A stretch of 64,000 nt of DNA from Oopsacas minuta (Eukaryota; Animalia; Porifera), in contig JAKMXF010000077.1 of the NCBI GenBank assembly GCA_024704765.1, positions 387,220 through 451,219 of the forward strand. Reading direction: 5' to 3'. Within the stretch, counting starts at the first letter, position 1. Each line of letters opens with the position of its first letter. This document shows, one piece after another, positions 40,676-53,700 of the stretch. A program made the position numbers and the translations under genes. Under the pieces are notes generated by a model. It searched no databases. It was not told the DNA's origin and worked only from the letters and a program-made list of their open reading frames with translations.

Positions 40676-41993
40676 TAGGGTGTCCTGAAATCATTGTCAC
40701 CTTATAATAATTTTCTTAACTGACCATATATTGATTAGCACTAGTACGTATATGCCTTAATGCACTATTTCGTAAATTTTATGCAGTATTCATCTCTGTT
40801 TAGTGAAATATATTATAAAATTCATTTTCATTTTACTATATACTTTCAACTGATTAGCGTTATTATTATGAGCACTGAGGTTCGTACACGCGCAATAGGC
40901 ATGCTGGCAAGTGGACTAACTCAGAAGGTAGTTGCTAGTAGGATAGGGAAGGATATTCGCAGGGTCAAACGGTGGTGGAAGAGACTCACCAGCAACCAGA
41001 GCCTCGAACATAAACCTGATGCCAGTCGCCCATCTTTGCTGAATCCGATGGCCAAGATGATTATTGGCAAATCTCTTGGAAACGTCACCAATCCCCAAGA
41101 AGATTGAGTGCTAAACTGAAATCTAAGGGGTATTCTATATCTAAGAGAACTGTGCACTCATATTTATCCAAATCCCTGGAGTTAAGGCCTTCAAACGACC
41201 TAAACAGCCAAAATTGCCCGGAAAGCAAAAGGCAAACAGACTGGAATTCTGTCAAAAATACAGTGTGTAGTCAGTAGATGATTGGAAATGTATTCTCTGG
41301 ACAGATGAGTCACCCTTCGAACTTTTCCATTCATCCAATCATGAAAATGATCCTGTCTGGTGTCATAATTCTTCAGATGTTCTCCCTCAGGAAACGGCTA
41401 AATTCCCGCAGAAAATCATGGTGTGCGGCATGATGAGCTGTCAGGCACTATCAGAATTACACTTTGTGCGACCCAAACGAACTATGAATGCTTCTTATTA
41501 TGTATCTGAAATACTGACCAAAACCTATAAAGATGCACTAAACCGCAAACGAAAAACAGGGACAATACTCGAAAAGAGAATGATAGCAGACCCGTTGAAG
41601 GCCACATTGATGCAAGATGGTGCTCCACCCCACAGAGCCAACATTACTCAAGATTGGTGCAAAAACCAATTACCAAATTTCTGGGCTAAAGAGAAGTGGC
41701 CAGGTAACTCTCCAGACCTGAATCCCATTGATAATCTTTGGTCAATTCTCAACCAGAGACTTGACGATTTGTCTCAATCAAATAACCTAGAAAACCTTAA
41801 GAAATCTCTAAAATGGCCTGGTCCAACATTGATCCATCTTGTCTCGAGAATCTAGTTGCAGGGATGCCCAATAAAATCAGAAAATGTGTAGAATTGGAGG
41901 GTCGTTGTATTGGGAAATAAATGAATTCAACAGTGCACTGGTATTTTCTTATTCTTAACATAATGTAGGTGATTTTAATTTCTGGACACCCTG
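40676..41993 (+). mobile_element. Tc1-like DD37 transposon, copy B (inverted relative to copy A), defective
   Basis: Same 1318-bp length and same lesions as copy A; TA flanks; transposase 40868-41920; first TIR base is T instead of C. Confidence 0.95.
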
Positions 41994-43884
41994 TATGTGA
42001 ACAACTACATATCTTCCGCATGGTTAATTGCACGTCAGAGAAGTCGTTAAGTGAAGCTGATAGAGCTATAGAACTCAATGATGCGATTAAAACTGACGAT
42101 ATTATGAAAATCTCGTCGATAAGTCAAGTACTATGGAGAAATTAGTATTACTTACCCTACTGAAACATTGCTAATGAATTATATAATAACTATCATAGGC
42201 ATCAGACAATCAATTTTGTGGTTATCAACGTTGTATAATCTGATTATCCCATGTATATAATTCTCTGCGAAATTTGTGATAATTATCATTCAGAACAGAC
42301 CATTTAAAGTTGCGGGGCCAAGGTTCGAAATGGGTGAAAACTTGGTACAGGATATTTCTAATATTATAATTCCGATCTCGTAGCTTAAATAGTAAAAATG
42401 GGTGTTGGCAACTTGCAAACCAAAGAAACCCTTGGATTAAATCCGGTTACCATAACAATAGAGGTGCCGCACGGTAATGTTTCTAAATTGTCAACAAGTA
42501 CATTCCAAAGCTATCTTATACAGGATACATTTCTTGCTCATCAATACACATCATAGAATGAATGATAGATGTATTTCATTACTTCAGTACTGTTGATATC
42601 GTAAAATAAAACTCTATTGATTATATATCTGAATAAATATGAACAGCTGTATATCCAGCTTCTTTACCTGAAGATAATTGAGGTTTGTGACCAGCTTCAC
42701 AGTCCACAATACAGCTCTACAATGAATATACTGGTACACAGTGGCGTAACTTGCTAGCATGCGAGTGAATCCAAGAGAGAGGGAGGAGGACGTATTCACC
42801 ACTTTGGAGTAATGTGGGATTATTTAAAGGAATTTAGCGCTGATTTACTACCAGGTCACACGATTAGAAGATTTGTTATGGATCTATACTCTTGAATGCA
42901 GGGCCAGCGTTCCCCCAACTTCCAAGCTAACACATTAGGCTCATAATTAATTTTCTATTCTAAAGCTAGTGTTGTTGACTATCGGAACCATACCATCAAA
43001 GCTAAACTCCTATTTATGCACCATCGAACTTCGCAGAATCTAAGTTACTTTTACTATAGTAAAGAAAGTACCACGATTGATGATTTCGTAGATCAAGCTG
43101 AGGATCTTGAAACCAACTTGTTCTTAGAACCGGTGGTCTCATACTCGAAATCAACAGTATATTAATATTTGTGGTTAAAATCCCCAACAATGTTACAATC
43201 CCACACTTATGGAAACAACATTTTCTTAAGTCAGTATTCATGAATCAGGGATTCGATTCATAAGCACGTTATACAGTGGAACGCCGCTTGACGGGCACTC
43301 TAGAATAGTGGCCACTTCGATATTCCGGTCACATTTTAGAGTCCCATTCCTTTGCACTTAACAAAAATTTATTCCAGAATTACAGATGGGAAAATTACGG
43401 GTACGAATTTCGATCCGAAGAGTGACCATAATTCCCAGAATCCATCGTAATTGTAAATGATATCCCCTTTTCATTAATGAACAATATTTCATTACACTGG
43501 TCCACAGCAAATTTCTTGCCTGAACAAAGTATATTAGTCCATGATATATCAGCTATCATGATCCCGATAATATAGTACGTTTCGCTCAATTACCTCTAGT
43601 TGTTCAAGTATTTACATTACAATTTTGGAATATTTCTGGATATTTTCGGAGAAATAGAAAAAAGTAAATCAATTATATACTTAATGCTAACTCACTCGTC
43701 AAGTATGCATCATCTACTGTTTTCAATCATATTTAGCTAAGCGATTGGAACCACTATATTTCATTGGCTAGAACTTCACAAATGTCGGATAAGGTTAGAC
43801 CAACATAAATGCAGTCATTCTATACAGCTGCTTTTATGAATTGACTAACTTCAAATAGTTAATGAGTATATATTCTGCAGAAAA

Positions 43885-44263
43885 GTATTGGATTTGTTAA
43901 GTATATTCCGTAATATTGTGAAATCGGAGGGACTAAATGGATTAAGGATAGTGGATTAAATGGATTTGAAATCCCTACAATCCATCAATCCATGGATTTT
44001 GGTTGGATTTGGATTGACAATATTCAACGTCTATGGAATTGAAACGGATTTGGATTACACAAGTAATCCACCAAATCCACGAATCCATGGATTTTACGGA
44101 CCTGATGGATCACATGGATTTCATGGGATCTGATGGATTCATGGATAGAATATTGAAATGATATCAATTTTACATCCGATTTTGTACTGGATTTGGATAC
44201 ATATTCCGTAATGTAATGGATTATGGATTGGGCGAAGAAATTCTAAGGGTTGTCAAAACACTG
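43885..44263. repeat. GGATT/AATCC short-motif array, probably a subterminal region of a non-autonomous hAT
   Basis: Dense (T)GGATT and AATCC motifs in both orientations ending at TGTCAAAACACTG (reverse complement CAGTGTTTTGACA); no partner TIR found. Confidence 0.5.
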
Positions 44264-47200
44264 AAACCGTAAAATAATTTTATTAGCCAGAAATTTGTGG
44301 ATTTATGAGTTCTGTTGATACAGATTCACAGGATATGAACGAAACAGATGATAAAAGCAGTGGTTTGGAATCAGTATATTTATATTGACTCATGCCGATT
44401 GTGAGTGGGGTCAATTGTCCAGCACCTTTGAAATTTCTAATCTATTAAAACTATACTGCCAATCGATTCGCAGAAAATGGCAAAAATTCCGCTGAATAAG
44501 CATACTTAACGAAAGAGTTAGCATTGAACAAATATATACAGAATTTGAAAAAATACTTGAATTATGAACAAATATGCAAATAAATGATCAAAATAACAAA
44601 AACTGGAGGTAATAGAGAGAAACGGACTATATTATTGGGATCAAGATAACCGGTATTTCATGGGGGAGTATATTTTGTTAAGGCAACCCATGCTATTTGA
44701 CTAAGATTATGCAAGATATTACTAAAAGTTTGTATTAATCCAGCTAGTGGGAATTACTAAAAGATCAACATTCGGAATATAACATCAAAAATATGCAATG
44801 AATTCATATTATTTATCAGTTATATCTAGCCGAATACTGTTGTATTGGGAATGTGAGTTCATTATTCATATTGGGGACATAATTTTTGTTCAATTATTAA
44901 CATGTTCATGATTTTAGTTGGGTTAGTGTCAAGCATGTTGTCTAGCATTGTCTGGGAGTTAATCCACAATTTGAGTTTAGGGATTTAGACTCCCTCTAAC
45001 AGTGTTTTGAATTATTTGTATGTGAACTGTTAACAAAGGAATCTGAATTTTGTAATATTATCTTTGTTCATTTGTATGTAAACAATGTGCTAATATATTT
45101 AATCTTTTTAACCGATTACTCCAGAAGTGTTAAGTCCATGATGAAAAGTAATCATATAACTCACAACCTCGTGTGAATCAATATCCTTAAAAACGATATC
45201 TTAGTACATTTAACATCATAAAATAGCACATTTTCCAAGCAGTATTCGGTTAAGAGAAAATTCCGAGATGAAGTCTAATTTCAAAAGATGATTAAAATTC
45301 AATAGGCCAAAAGTCCATTTTTCCACCAAAATCGGCAAATTGGTACATCTCTTTGTTAAAATGGTCGCAGATTACCCAAAATGTTATAATTATTGTATTA
45401 GAACCAGATTGGAATTATTGCTGATATTTGTCAATGAACCTAGGCTAATTCATAGATTCAATTTTCAAATTTGGGATAGTACCGCTTTCGGCAGATAAGT
45501 TATTGACATTAGAAGAGTCTCTAATGAATTTGAAAATATTCAATTAGATTGACACCAAATTAGTATTCTGCGTCAAAAATTATAATTTGCCATGAATTCT
45601 TCTTATTGAATTGCATATTGAGTGAATTCCAAATATAACTGCTTCGATATTTGGTAAACGAGGATGGTCTAATAGATTAACTATACCAAGGAGTAAATTT
45701 CTGTATAATTCAGGAACCAATTTTCCACAAAACTGAAGGGCAAAGCTCCCTATTATTTAAAAAAGGAGGACGGTTTAACCGAAGTCTACCTCTTAACCTT
45801 TGCAACTACTGCAAAATGCGTTCTAAAAAGGCCCAAAATGACTGCTACATCACACAGATACTCTCATAATTAATCCATTATAACCATGAGGGCTGAAGTG
45901 TTACATTCGTAAAGAAAAGGGCAATAAAAAGTTAGCATTACTTCTTAAACAATTCCGGCATCAAAAATATAAGATTCTAGCACCTTTTGATGTCATAAAA
46001 TCAAACATTTTCCTAGCAGAAATCTGTAAAAACAGCGTCTCCTGATTCAATACGGGAATGTCAAATGGATCGTGATCCTTTTGTATGCACAGAAATTTAT
46101 TCAGATCTCATATATTACAAATAATTTGAACACGAACTAACCAAAGTGCTGTTTAATGAAGGGATTACTCACTTTAACGACAGTTGGCATTCAAACAGAT
46201 CGAAACAGTAATACATAGAAGGTCCAAATGCACCAATCAACTTGTGCATAATACATCAGCCCACACCCAGAAGAACCATAACACTAATCCCATCTTCATA
46301 ACATTAACCTTTACACTCAAAGGTCCCTAATACAGTATACTAAGTTGGATCAGGTCATCTGGACCAAGAAAAAAGGTGTCAATAAGCAAATTAATTATAA
46401 TAGTTGTAGTATCCTCCTTTTGGGTACTGCCAGGTATCTGAGCGAGTCATAAATGAGAGAAGATATTAACCAAGAGGGGAAGTTCTGCTTAAGTTATATG
46501 TATCTACTCTCTTGAATATTTCTAAGCAACAATGGAATCCTGTGGAAGATAATGTACTTGCAAGTATTTAGCAACATTAATGGTGCAGGACCACCAATGA
46601 TAGGATATCCGGGTGCATTTTAAAAACTCATATTGTGATATTAATCAGATATAAGAGAAAGGGGATAAACACTGTACCAATCATTTTTATTCAAGTATGA
46701 TTATATAAATTTTGTATTTTGGGAAGAAAAATTTAGTACATCTTAACCCATTGTACGTGGAATCTGAGTACATATTAACCAATCATGCATAATGAATTAG
46801 ATAGGAGATAATCTCAGTTATTTCGACAATTAAGCCTTATCTGAGTTCCATTGTATATATTCTAACATCACTAAAGAGAGTGATTAACAAACATGATATA
46901 AAGCGCTAAACTCTCATTTGGTATGAAACTCCAATGTTACAGATACAAGATGCCGAGTCTATAGATCGTTCTTAGGAAGAAGTATTTGTCTGTGAGCTAC
47001 AATTAGCTGGTAAAGCAACTGTATTTAGAGGAGACTTAAATAGTAGGCTACTAGGGTACATTAGCGTAAATTCTTAACATCAATTTATGCCATCAATTTT
47101 TACAATATATTTTTGAGGTTAATATGTATAACTTCATTGCTGTATCCTATGTGTATACATCCGTTATATAAATGACAGAGGCTATTTCACTAATCTATTG

Positions 47201-48459
47201 AATTAAAGAGGCATACTATTGTTCATCTACATGCCGACCAAGCAAAGTGAGTGTGCTGAATTTGAATATATCGTTCATTTTCTTCAGGAACGAAAGGTTT
47301 AATCAGATATTACGGATACAATAAAGTGAAAAGTTTGTAGAAATTTCTCTCGCCCATAAGCTATCCTGTTGCCAGCAAATTTGTTTTCACTAGTTTCAAC
47401 CCTGAATTTTAGTATGTATTCCTGTCAAGTCATATAAGCATTATATTAAATGTACAAAAGCCGCGAAATTGTCCAACATATGAAATTTTGTCAAATTCAA
47501 TTCTCATTCCTACGTTGCCATGGTACAATACAGTGTAATTACATTGTCATTGAACACCAATATAACGCAGTAATTATTCATATATACAGCATATTTCGGG
47601 TAGTGTACAAGTTCATTAACTTGATAACCTATTGAACCTCTACATATTAATTTCAAGATGGTTGAAGCAACAATATTATCTGAAACCTCGAAAATACGGC
47701 TTGATTTGGCTACCATATTGAAGGTTTATGACTATGATATCAATCAAACAGCAAATTACTAAATCCCGGAGAAGACAAAAGACATCTTGTATACTCTCTA
47801 ATGTCAGAAAGACTAGGAAATGAATTGAGAACTCAGTTGGTGAGTGGTGGAGTGCAAGTATTCCATGGATCCTTGTTAAACCCAAGATCACTCAGTCATT
47901 TCTTCCTGTATCAGGCTGTGATTTAGAAAGCAATGTTATATTGGTTCAAAATGTAGAGAGGAGGAAATCAATTCATGACATTCAAGTTCGTTCTAAAATG
48001 ATCAGGCTTATTCAGACTGGGATACTTACTTCCATCCGTCAGTTAGCACAACTTGAAAATATTTCTGTTATTCGGCACGTTGCTCTTCCCTTGAATATCG
48101 TATGTGTAGACCCAATTGGTTTCAAAGGCATCACAAATATCGCCTGGAAAATCCATACTGAAGAATCGATCTCAAGCCTCGGTAACAGCTTCACCAGAAA
48201 AAATAACATTCTTAGCAGATCAACTTAAGGTGGGTAAGGAAAATGGAGAGATCCAAATATAATCTCCAATCAGAAGGCCTCGGTTTTGCATCTTGGGAAA
48301 ATTAGTGAAATTAGAAAGTCAATTGTTCTCACAATGGACTTGTATCCAAATGTTTCTCATCCTATTGAGGTCTATATATCTTACTCATCACATGAAATTT
48401 GTCTCTTTGACCGGTTCTTAAAAGAATGTGTGATAAATTTTCGTCCACCATACTTCTAT

Positions 48460-49650
48460 ACATTAACTCTCAAAATCAAGCATGGACTGGGTGCATATTA
48501 AATTCCTCTCCTGGGTTATTATCAGACTTGAATATGGACCGATCAAATTGTATTGTCTTCATGGTTTCACCCCTTCGGGTAATAGATCGATTCAGGAATG
48601 TTCTGTGGGAAAATATGAACCCTAACTCGTCTTTTTCAAACCAACCAGTAGGACTTATTTGCCAAAACAAGACTATCGCCACTTTGATAGAATTGAGCAT
48701 GTTACTAAACCCAAAATTGTTTCACTTAATAAGAATGGTTCTGATCACCTAAATTGCCATGTTAAAGTAGAAGTCAAAGCTTCAATGTTATAGGGCTAAA
48801 CCTTAGCAAAGATGACAGGTAAAGGAGGAGCGCCAGGTACTTCCTGCAAAGCAACCCGAAGTGATACGGATAGTACTACAAAAGTTGTTGCGGGTTTCTT
48901 TTGGATTATTCTATAGAGGATATCGAGGAGGTAATCCGTCAATTAACCTCTGATGGAAAAGAGCTGAGAGGTTCCAATACAAAGCAACGGTATGGGATTA
49001 CACACGAACCACCAGGTCGCATTGATATTTTCCGGTAGCACCTAAACATTCTCATCTAAGGATTTTAGATTGGTTCTTCAACCTCATCTACCGAGTTCAG
49101 GCAGGAAAATCTAGGTGGACTGAGAACCAAATGTTGCGAGATTATAGAGGTTTAGTATGCGCGTGTATCCATGAGCTTACGAACTTATTACTCGACCAAC
49201 CAGGAGGAAGTGAGAACACAAGCACTGGTAACAAAGCTAAAGCATTTTTTCATATACAAAACCGTATTTTGGATCGCTTATCGTTCGTACCAAATGTTTA
49301 TCGAGATGGTCCATCAGAGATTCCCAAGAATTTATCCGCATTACTCAGAGTTGCTATTAATAGTCTAGTTGTCGATGTAGACTCATTTCGTGTGTTAAGT
49401 CCAGAAACCTACTTACTGATCGTACAAACCTTTCCCTGGGCCTCCATTAGCAATACACTACAGAAATCTTTGGCTCATGCCTATCAGTTAATTGAGAGAA
49501 ATGACAGAGTAGAATGTGTAGTCTCTTTGAAGAAGGGCTAGAAGAAGGAATAAGTTGATCCGAGGGTTCTCAACACACTTGAGCAGGAAATCAGATTTTC
49601 CAAGCGGGTTAAGTGATGTTACAATGAGGTTCTACATCTATGTCCAATTA
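48460..49650 (+). pseudogene. Transib / RAG1-core-like transposase relic (may extend 5' to about 47658)
   Basis: In order: LKIKHGLG; WENMNPNSSFSNQPVGLI; ASML*G*TLAKMTGKGGAPGTSCKATRSD; RYGITHEP...PKHSHLRILDWFF; NTSTGNKAKAFF; SISNTLQKSLAHAYQLIERND; EEGLE[fs]NKLIRGFSTHLSRK...LSDVTMRFYIY. These are collinear with RAG1 core motifs as I recall them. Confidence 0.75.
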
Positions 49651-50757
49651 TGAATGAAAAATTCAGAATTCGGTAACTCAAAATTGCAGATTGAACGTAT
49701 AATACTTTTAATCGATAATACGTCTTCATTGAAAGATGTATCAAACACCTTAGATTATTTCATATACTGTCTCAAACCTAAAAACTACAACAGAAAACCA
49801 TAAGAAAATAACCTTATTAAATATTCAACTCAAATTTCGAATTTCATCATATAATAGTCTGAACAAGTTCAAATGCTACAGTTTATTTGAGGTAGTGTGT
49901 AGGATTTTCTCGGTGCTGTACCGCACGACCGCGCACCAATTTGACTACTCCCCTGACTTTTCTCCTGGCTGTTGTTTTCTTCTGAATATGCGGCTTAGTT
50001 TTGAACTTGCCCAAAAAAATTCCAGAAAGTTCATAATATTGCTCTAAGAATTGAGAGATATACAGAATATATGTTCAATACTATTTCTTTGGCCTGTGTG
50101 TGGAATGTGGTAAATCTAGAAAGAGCTTCTAAGAACTAAGTCATATCTCAAAAGCTCTCTCAGATAGGTGTCAAAATGCATTGATCCATCAGATTCGAGG
50201 GTGTACCAATTGTGGTAATCATATGATATAGGCTCTAACCCAGTTCAATTAGAATGCAATAGTTCAAATTGCGCAATGTTTGTCAAATTCCAATTTGTTA
50301 AACCTATATCTAAATTTATTAATTTATTACGACACTTAGAAATATATTACCGTTAACAGTGAGTAGTTCAAATGGCATGATATACTCAAGCGTTGAAAGA
50401 GATTTAGATAAATCATTGATCAATTTCATAAACATTTACATAACTACATAATGTGGAATTAATGATTAAGTTGTGGCAAATATAGATGGTTGATACCCCT
50501 ATGTTTAATAGTAAACAAAAGGAATACGAAGGGCAGTAATATAGTAATTTCCTAACCTAATTAGAACCATATATCAATTGCTCTCAGATTTCAATACGCT
50601 TTTAATAACTAAAATGCAAGTAAGGGAAATATAAATATATGACACATTATGAAAATTGGTAGATCAGATGAATAATAGTTAATTTTTAAAATCATATAAT
50701 ACCCGGTTATTTGAAATTCACAAAGCGGTTATCGAATGCTAAATTTATATAATAACC

Positions 50758-53700
50758 CACGAGCGTAAATTCCTTACCAAATAATTGAAAGTTTATCAAC
50801 CAAAAGAACATATGAATTATGTAATACACTGTTTGTTGAGTAAGAAATTGATAATAAATGAACTTTGTGACGTTGGAATTTGTTTTTCAAATATGAATTT
50901 TGACCTGGTTTTCTCCCAATTACTGTGGCTACAAATCTCAAAAATGTCAATTAGGCTCCATATCTAGCATCTGAATATTTATATTGCCACTATTCTATAT
51001 TTGTGACAATTTCTCATAACATTATGAACATCTAACAAACCATTTCTAAGATATGTTCGCTTATACGTGGCTATCGGACGTTTGTTGATCATATCCCTCT
51101 CGTTTTTCAATTTTTCATAAATGACAGAAACGGGTACTATATATAAATTTCTCTATATTATTTATGTTCCTAATAGCGAAAAGTATGCTATATGTGGTTA
51201 TGATAATACCATTTCTAATATTTAAGACACTCTTTTTCGAGCTATGATGTTGAACAATGAACACCTATCCATAATTGGTAGTATTAAATAAAAATCATGA
51301 AATATTTACAGCGTACATATATATTCCTATATTAATTTGATTCAAAGTCTGTGAGACCACAAATATGGCTATATTAAATTGCCCATTAGATCCCAATTAT
51401 AATGACAATTCATCCATTTGTTATATACAATGCTTCTTGATTTTTCTAGATACGAATGTAAGTGCTACATATAGTATTGTAAATACTTATTGTTAAGTCG
51501 TATTTCGAAATTCAATCCTCAATACTCCATTTGTATTATTTCTAAATGGTCATGCCAACTGAAGTATCATCTCTCTATGGTAATCAACATCTTGATAATC
51601 TTTATCTAGTTTGTAGGTTTGCTCCAATCGGCTTGCTTCCAAAGCTCTGGAAAGGGAATCTCTTTGGCAACAGCCTTCGCAACTGGTATCAAATAGAGCC
51701 CAGAAATATTAGCAATTTAACTTTGCATCAGAGGTAGGTGATCAACTAAAACCAAAAGTGATCTGTAGTATTTGTCGAGCTAGGTTATCTAACCTAGAAA
51801 CGGGAAATTAACTATCAATAAATGGGAACAAGATCATACTAATGTCGAGTTTCCACAAACTATTGAAGAAATCCTATATATCACCAGAAGTACTGTGGTG
51901 TGTAACTCAGAATATCGCCGTCACAATTGCAAGATCTTTGCATCTTCTCTCAACAATCACATAATAAAGTATAAAAATAGGGCCCTAGACCTGGTAGGCC
52001 ATTAGAACAGTCACCATATAGGCTGATGTGTATCAAATGTGGGAAATATATGGAGAATCACTCTGAGAAAATTGTCAAAACATTATGTAACACCGACTAA
52101 AATCTTCAAATACAGGTGCACAATTTGCAAAAAGACTAGAAGCTCGAGGTATCACTAGTGCAGTTGCAACAAAATACACTCAAAACACACTAAGGAAAGG
52201 AGGCGATATTCATATTCGAGGTAGTTTACATCATCCTTACCATTGCAGCAACCCAATCGTGGTATCTACAGTTGGCTATGCTAGTAGAAATTGTGTAAAG
52301 ACACGATTGAGCGTTGAAGCTGCTCGAGATATTCAACCATAAGCCACTTAGGTCTTGTAAACTTCCTTATTGAGAATTAGCCTGAGAAGGAATTACGTTC
52401 CTAATTGGTGGAATCAAAGGGGCTTGGGATTAAAAAATGGTCCGTCTTTGGTGATATCGTACTCCAGTTACACTTTAGATATATCGTGAGAATATGGCTG
52501 TTCTACCAGAGCCGACACCATCAGGTCTTTGTTTTGATAACAAAGCTCATATAAATATGATCACCCAAAACCTTTTCTATCGAATTTCTCGTTGTAAAAT
52601 ATACATCGATGCGGGGAAAGATTTCTTGAAATATCTGTGAATATTATATTTATGAAGCCTAGAAATATATATGTGCCAACTCCTAATAGTGTCCTATCTA
52701 CTTTGTCATTGCCATGGGAAAGGGTTCCAAGAATTATCACAATCTAAAACAACGGTTTACTTATCTATCAATACATAAATTATTCACTTTTGATTTTCCC
52801 GTTCAAATTGCTTGTTATTTCAAAGTAGCAGCTCTGCAAGTTGGAACCCAATAAACTTCCTGCAACTTCCCTCGTCCATTTTGTTTGTCGCGTATTATTA
52901 CTTTATGTACCGGTATAGCCAATGAATCGAGGAATCGTAAAGGATTTATAATAGATCCAAAAAGCATCAGAACGTTGTCAATGAACCTATCTTTATTTAG
53001 ACCGAGTCAATTTGAGAGAAAAATGGTCTCGCTCCATTAAATATTCTTTTTGGAATGGTAAACAAAGTACACAATATTGCAAAGCCTAGAGACAGTTCAC
53101 TGAGAAGACGAGAAGGCAAACTTTTCAAACTTCATTGTGCAGCACTGCATAAGCATAATACCCTCAGATCAGAATATTGGAATGGTACTCTCGAGGGCAA
53201 TTCGTGTTCAAGGCTCTTAGACAATTTGGAATGTATCCTATTCCCGATAATTTTTTGTAAAAGTAGTGAGTGCATTAACTGCACTGAGGCATGTAAAAGA
53301 GACATGTATATGCAATGTTTAGAAATTTGGATTGCAAGACAACATCAAAAATTTACGTGACGCATGGCACAATACAGGTTTGTCATGTCTTTGAAATCTC
53401 ATAGTCTCTTAGATCATTATAAAGGGTATTTCTATAGTTATGAAAGTATCCCTATGCAGGAGCAGTCATTAGTTCTGAGCAAAGTGGTGAAATGCTCCAT
53501 TCATGATTACAAATAGGATAGGATCTCGCTTCAAGACAAGAGCAGAAAATCATATGTACTCTCAACGTCTTGTTGATTGTAGTGCCACATACAATTATAA
53601 CCTGGAGTTGGATAGAGCTTTGAGATCAAAGACAGATAATTTCAAAAAAGATATTGATGATGAATTGATAGAAGATGATGAAGAGAATAGAATAGCATAA

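Noticed and set aside
49900-50100. Possible right terminus of the Transib element (GGCCTGTGTG)
   Set aside because: No matching CAC-starting left end or 5-bp TSD found upstream.
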